From an uncultured Lachnospiraceae bacterium (GTDB taxonomy: Bacteria > Bacillota > Clostridia > Lachnospirales > Lachnospiraceae): a stretch of 64,000 bases of DNA. The DNA is taken from the NCBI GenBank assembly GCA_900544685.1, contig UQWA01000009.1:1348-65347 (forward strand), given 5' to 3'. A model generated the notes under the pieces. That model did not search any database, was not told the origin of the DNA, and saw nothing but the letters and a program-made list of their open reading frames with translations. Both the position numbers and the translations under genes were made by a program. This document shows positions 61,049 to 64,000 of the stretch, in pieces. Position 1 is the first letter of the stretch, and each line of letters opens with the position of its first letter.

Positions 61049-62161
61049 ATGGCAAGTTTATCCTTAGAGCATATTTACAAAAGATATCCAAATGGTTTTG
61101 AAGCAGTAAAAGATTTTAATCTTGAGATTGAAGATAAAGAATTCATCATTTTCGTAGGACCTTCAGGTTGTGGTAAATCTACTACACTTCGTATGATCGC
61201 AGGTCTGGAAGAGATCTCCGAAGGTACATTGAAGATCGGTGACAAAGTTATGAACGATGTAGAGCCAAAGGACAGAGATATCGCAATGGTATTCCAGAAC
61301 TACGCTCTGTATCCTCATATGACAGTATATGATAACATGGCATTTGGTCTGAAGCTGAGAAAAGTTCCGAAGGATCAGATCGACAAAATGGTAAAAGAAG
61401 CAGCTAAGATCCTTGACCTGGACAAGCTCCTTGACCGTAAGCCAAAGGCTCTGTCAGGTGGTCAGAGACAGCGAGTTGCCATGGGACGTGCAATCGTGCG
61501 TGATCCTAAGGTATTCCTGATGGATGAACCGCTGTCAAACCTGGATGCAAAACTTCGTGTTCAGATGCGTATTGAGATCTCCAAGCTTCATCAGAGACTG
61601 GGTGCTACGATCATCTACGTAACACATGACCAGACAGAAGCTATGACACTTGGTACCAGAATCGTTGTTATGAAAGACGGTGTGGTTCAGCAGGTAGATT
61701 CTCCACAGAATCTGTACAACAAGCCAGGCAACCTGTTCGTAGCAGGATTCATCGGATCACCACAGATGAACTTCATGGATGCAGTTGTAGAAGCAACAGG
61801 TAAGAACGTTGCATTAAAAGTTGGTCAGTACAGCATTAAGCTTCCGGAAGCAAAATCAAAAGCACTGATCGATGGTGGATATGTTGGTAAGACTGTAGTT
61901 ATGGGTATTCGTCCGGAAGATGTACATGATTCCGAAGAATTCATTGCAAATTCACCGGATACCGTAGTAGAATCTACCATCCGTGTATATGAGCTGCTGG
62001 GTGCAGAAGTATTCCTTTACTTTGATGTAGAAAATTATCCACTGACAGCACGTGTAAATCCTACTACAACAGCAAGAACAGGTGATACTGTGAAGTTTGC
62101 GCTGGATGCAGATAAGATTCATGTATTTGACAAAGAAACAGAACTTACAATCACAAACTAG
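61049..62161 (+). CDS. msmX: Multiple-sugar ABC transporter ATPase (MsmX/UgpC type)
   Basis: GPSGCGKST, LSGGQRQRVA, MDEPLSNLD, VTHDQTEA. Confidence 0.92.
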   Translation: MASLSLEHIYKRYPNGFEAVKDFNLEIEDKEFIIFVGPSGCGKSTTLRMIAGLEEISEGTLKIGDKVMNDVEPKDRDIAMVFQNYALYPHMTVYDNMAFGLKLRKVPKDQIDKMVKEAAKILDLDKLLDRKPKALSGGQRQRVAMGRAIVRDPKVFLMDEPLSNLDAKLRVQMRIEISKLHQRLGATIIYVTHDQTEAMTLGTRIVVMKDGVVQQVDSPQNLYNKPGNLFVAGFIGSPQMNFMDAVVEATGKNVALKVGQYSIKLPEAKSKALIDGGYVGKTVVMGIRPEDVHDSEEFIANSPDTVVESTIRVYELLGAEVFLYFDVENYPLTARVNPTTTARTGDTVKFALDADKIHVFDKETELTITN

Positions 62162-62178
62162 ACTAGAATAGAAAAGAT

Positions 62179-62209
62179 CAGGGAGAGACAGTGATGTCTC
62201 TCCTTTTTT
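62179..62209 (+). terminator. Terminator after msmX
   Basis: GGAGAGACA / TGTCTCTCC followed by a T run. Confidence 0.75.
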
Positions 62210-62339
62210 AGTTCTTGCGAATTTGGAAAAAATGCATTATGATAAAAGCTATACGTGAAATGATGAAAAAAAGTTACTGTTCACGGAGTGAACAATAACA
62301 ATAATAACCCGTAAATAACAGTGACGGACGGAGGAGAAG

Positions 62340-63428
62340 ATGATTTCTGGACAGGTAATACAGAATGCCATTGACGAGTTGAAAGCAATTACCAGAGTAG
62401 ATTTATGTGTACTGGATACAGACGGAAATACAGTGGCAACTACATTTTCTGATGAAGAGCTGGATGTTTCCAGTATAGAATTATTTGTACAGTCACCGGC
62501 AGACAGTCAGGTGATGCAGGGATGCCATTTCTTTAAGATTATGGATAACCAGATACCAGAATATGTGCTGGTAGCAAGGGGAAATGGAGAAGATGGCTAC
62601 ATGATCGGTAAGATTGCAGTCAGTGAACTGCACAATCTGATGGTTGCCTATCATGAAAAACAGGATCGCAACAGTTTTATCCAGAATGTGTTGATGGATA
62701 ACATGCTTCTTGTGGATATCTACAATCGTGCGAAGAAGCTTCATATCGATATTGAAGCCAAGCGTGTGGTATATCTGATTGAGACGAAGCAGGAACAGGA
62801 CAGCAATGCACTGGAGCTGGTGAGAACACTGTTTGCAGGAAGCAGCAGAGACTTTATCACCGCGGTAGATGAGAAAAACATCATTCTTGTAAAGGAATTA
62901 AAACCAGAAGAAGGATATGAAGCAGTAGACCAGACAGCGAAAATGCTTCTGGATATGCTGAACAGCGAGGCAATGTCCAAGGTACGTATTGCCTATGGAA
63001 CTATGATCGAGGAGATTCGCTTCCTTTCCAAGTCTTATAAAGAAGCAAAAATGGCGCTGGATGTAGGAAAGATCTTCTATGAAGAGAAGAGTATTATTGC
63101 ATACAGTACCCTTGGAATCGGACGTCTGATCTATCAGCTGCCGATCCCACTGTGTGAGATGTTCATGAATGAAGTATTCGGCGGAGAACTGCCGGATTCT
63201 CTGGATGATGAGACACTGATGACAATCAATAAATTTTTCGAGAACAGTCTGAATGTATCCGAGACATCCAGACAGCTCTATATTCACAGAAACACACTGG
63301 TGTACCGTCTGGAAAAGATCCAGAAGAGTACGGGACTGGATGTGCGTGTCTTTGAAGATGCGCTGACTTTCCGAATTGCCCTGATGGTTTCCAGCTATAT
63401 GAAATATATGGAACGGAATACATTTTAG
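62340..63428 (+). CDS. PucR/CdaR-family transcriptional regulator
   Basis: SYKEA and LNVSETSRQLYIHRNTLVYRLEKI HTH. Confidence 0.9.
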   Translation: MISGQVIQNAIDELKAITRVDLCVLDTDGNTVATTFSDEELDVSSIELFVQSPADSQVMQGCHFFKIMDNQIPEYVLVARGNGEDGYMIGKIAVSELHNLMVAYHEKQDRNSFIQNVLMDNMLLVDIYNRAKKLHIDIEAKRVVYLIETKQEQDSNALELVRTLFAGSSRDFITAVDEKNIILVKELKPEEGYEAVDQTAKMLLDMLNSEAMSKVRIAYGTMIEEIRFLSKSYKEAKMALDVGKIFYEEKSIIAYSTLGIGRLIYQLPIPLCEMFMNEVFGGELPDSLDDETLMTINKFFENSLNVSETSRQLYIHRNTLVYRLEKIQKSTGLDVRVFEDALTFRIALMVSSYMKYMERNTF

Positions 63429-63494
63429 GATTGTGAGAGCACGGAACAATCCATATGGAATCGTTCAAGTTAAATGATAAAGAGGAGATAAGAT

Positions 63495-64000
63495 ATGGTG
63501 AAATTATACGATGGCGGCGTCTATCTGGTAAATGGAACCGAGATTGTGGAAGATAACAGAGACGCACAGGCAGTGTTAACCAGTAAAACAGGACATGCAG
63601 CATCCAGGGAAGAGGCTGCAAAGAATACCATTGCGTACCGTATTTTACAGGCACACAATACCTCAGGCAACATGGAAAAGTTACAGATTAAGTTCGATAA
63701 GCTGACTTCCCATGATATAACTTTTGTAGGAATTATTCAGACAGCCAGAGCATCAGGACTGGAGAAATTTCCTGTTCCTTATGTGCTGACCAACTGTCAC
63801 AACAGTCTCTGTGCTGTAGGCGGAACCATCAATGAAGATGACCATATGTTTGGTTTGACCTGCGCCAAGAAGTATGGCGGTGTCTATGTACCACCTCATC
63901 AGGCAGTCATCCATCAGTTTGCCAGAGAGATGCTGGCAGGCGGCGGAAAGATGATCCTGGGATCTGACTCTCATACCCGTTATGGTGCACTGGGTACCAT
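63495..64000 (+). CDS. Aconitase-family hydratase (YbhJ-like), runs off the window end
   Basis: [11 protein letters not shown]...[13 protein letters not shown]...[19 protein letters not shown]...GSDSHTRYG; absent from the ORF track because it has no stop in the window. Confidence 0.9.
   Translation, partial: MVKLYDGGVYLVNGTEIVEDNRDAQAVLTSKTGHAASREEAAKNTIAYRILQAHNTSGNMEKLQIKFDKLTSHDITFVGIIQTARASGLEKFPVPYVLTNCHNSLCAVGGTINEDDHMFGLTCAKKYGGVYVPPHQAVIHQFAREMLAGGGKMILGSDSHTRYGALGT

Overview
A 64-kb chromosomal window from a low-GC anaerobic Firmicute; gene content and signals suggest a Lachnospiraceae such as Blautia (inferred, not searched). Most genes are on the + strand. Recognisable modules: an LRR surface protein; a Ca/Na-type exchanger behind a yybP-ykoY (Mn2+) riboswitch; a LysR-controlled SLC13-ttdAB-pflBA operon; glgP; a GH36; a sialic-acid cluster (RpiR, ROK, ABC, nanE, nanA, SGNH esterase); an amino-acid oxidation operon (2-oxoacid:ferredoxin oxidoreductase, ADP-forming acyl-CoA ligase, amino-acid dehydrogenase, APC permease, FadR); tRNA-Leu(CAG); two tandem Rpn-like nucleases; an AprAB-like flavoprotein/ferredoxin pair; a tyrosine recombinase lacking two catalytic residues; and msmX, a PucR-type regulator and a partial hydratase. 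The best novelty candidate is a stand-alone ~450-nt transcription unit (32372-32866) with its own promoter and terminator that contains only repeated Shine-Dalgarno plus 2-7-codon minigene units. Other highlights are strong in-frame internal start sites in both Rpn genes (likely intragenic antitoxins) and five gene remnants, four with deletion junctions suggesting microhomology. No CRISPR array, prophage or intact IS element was seen. All family calls come from motif recognition by eye.
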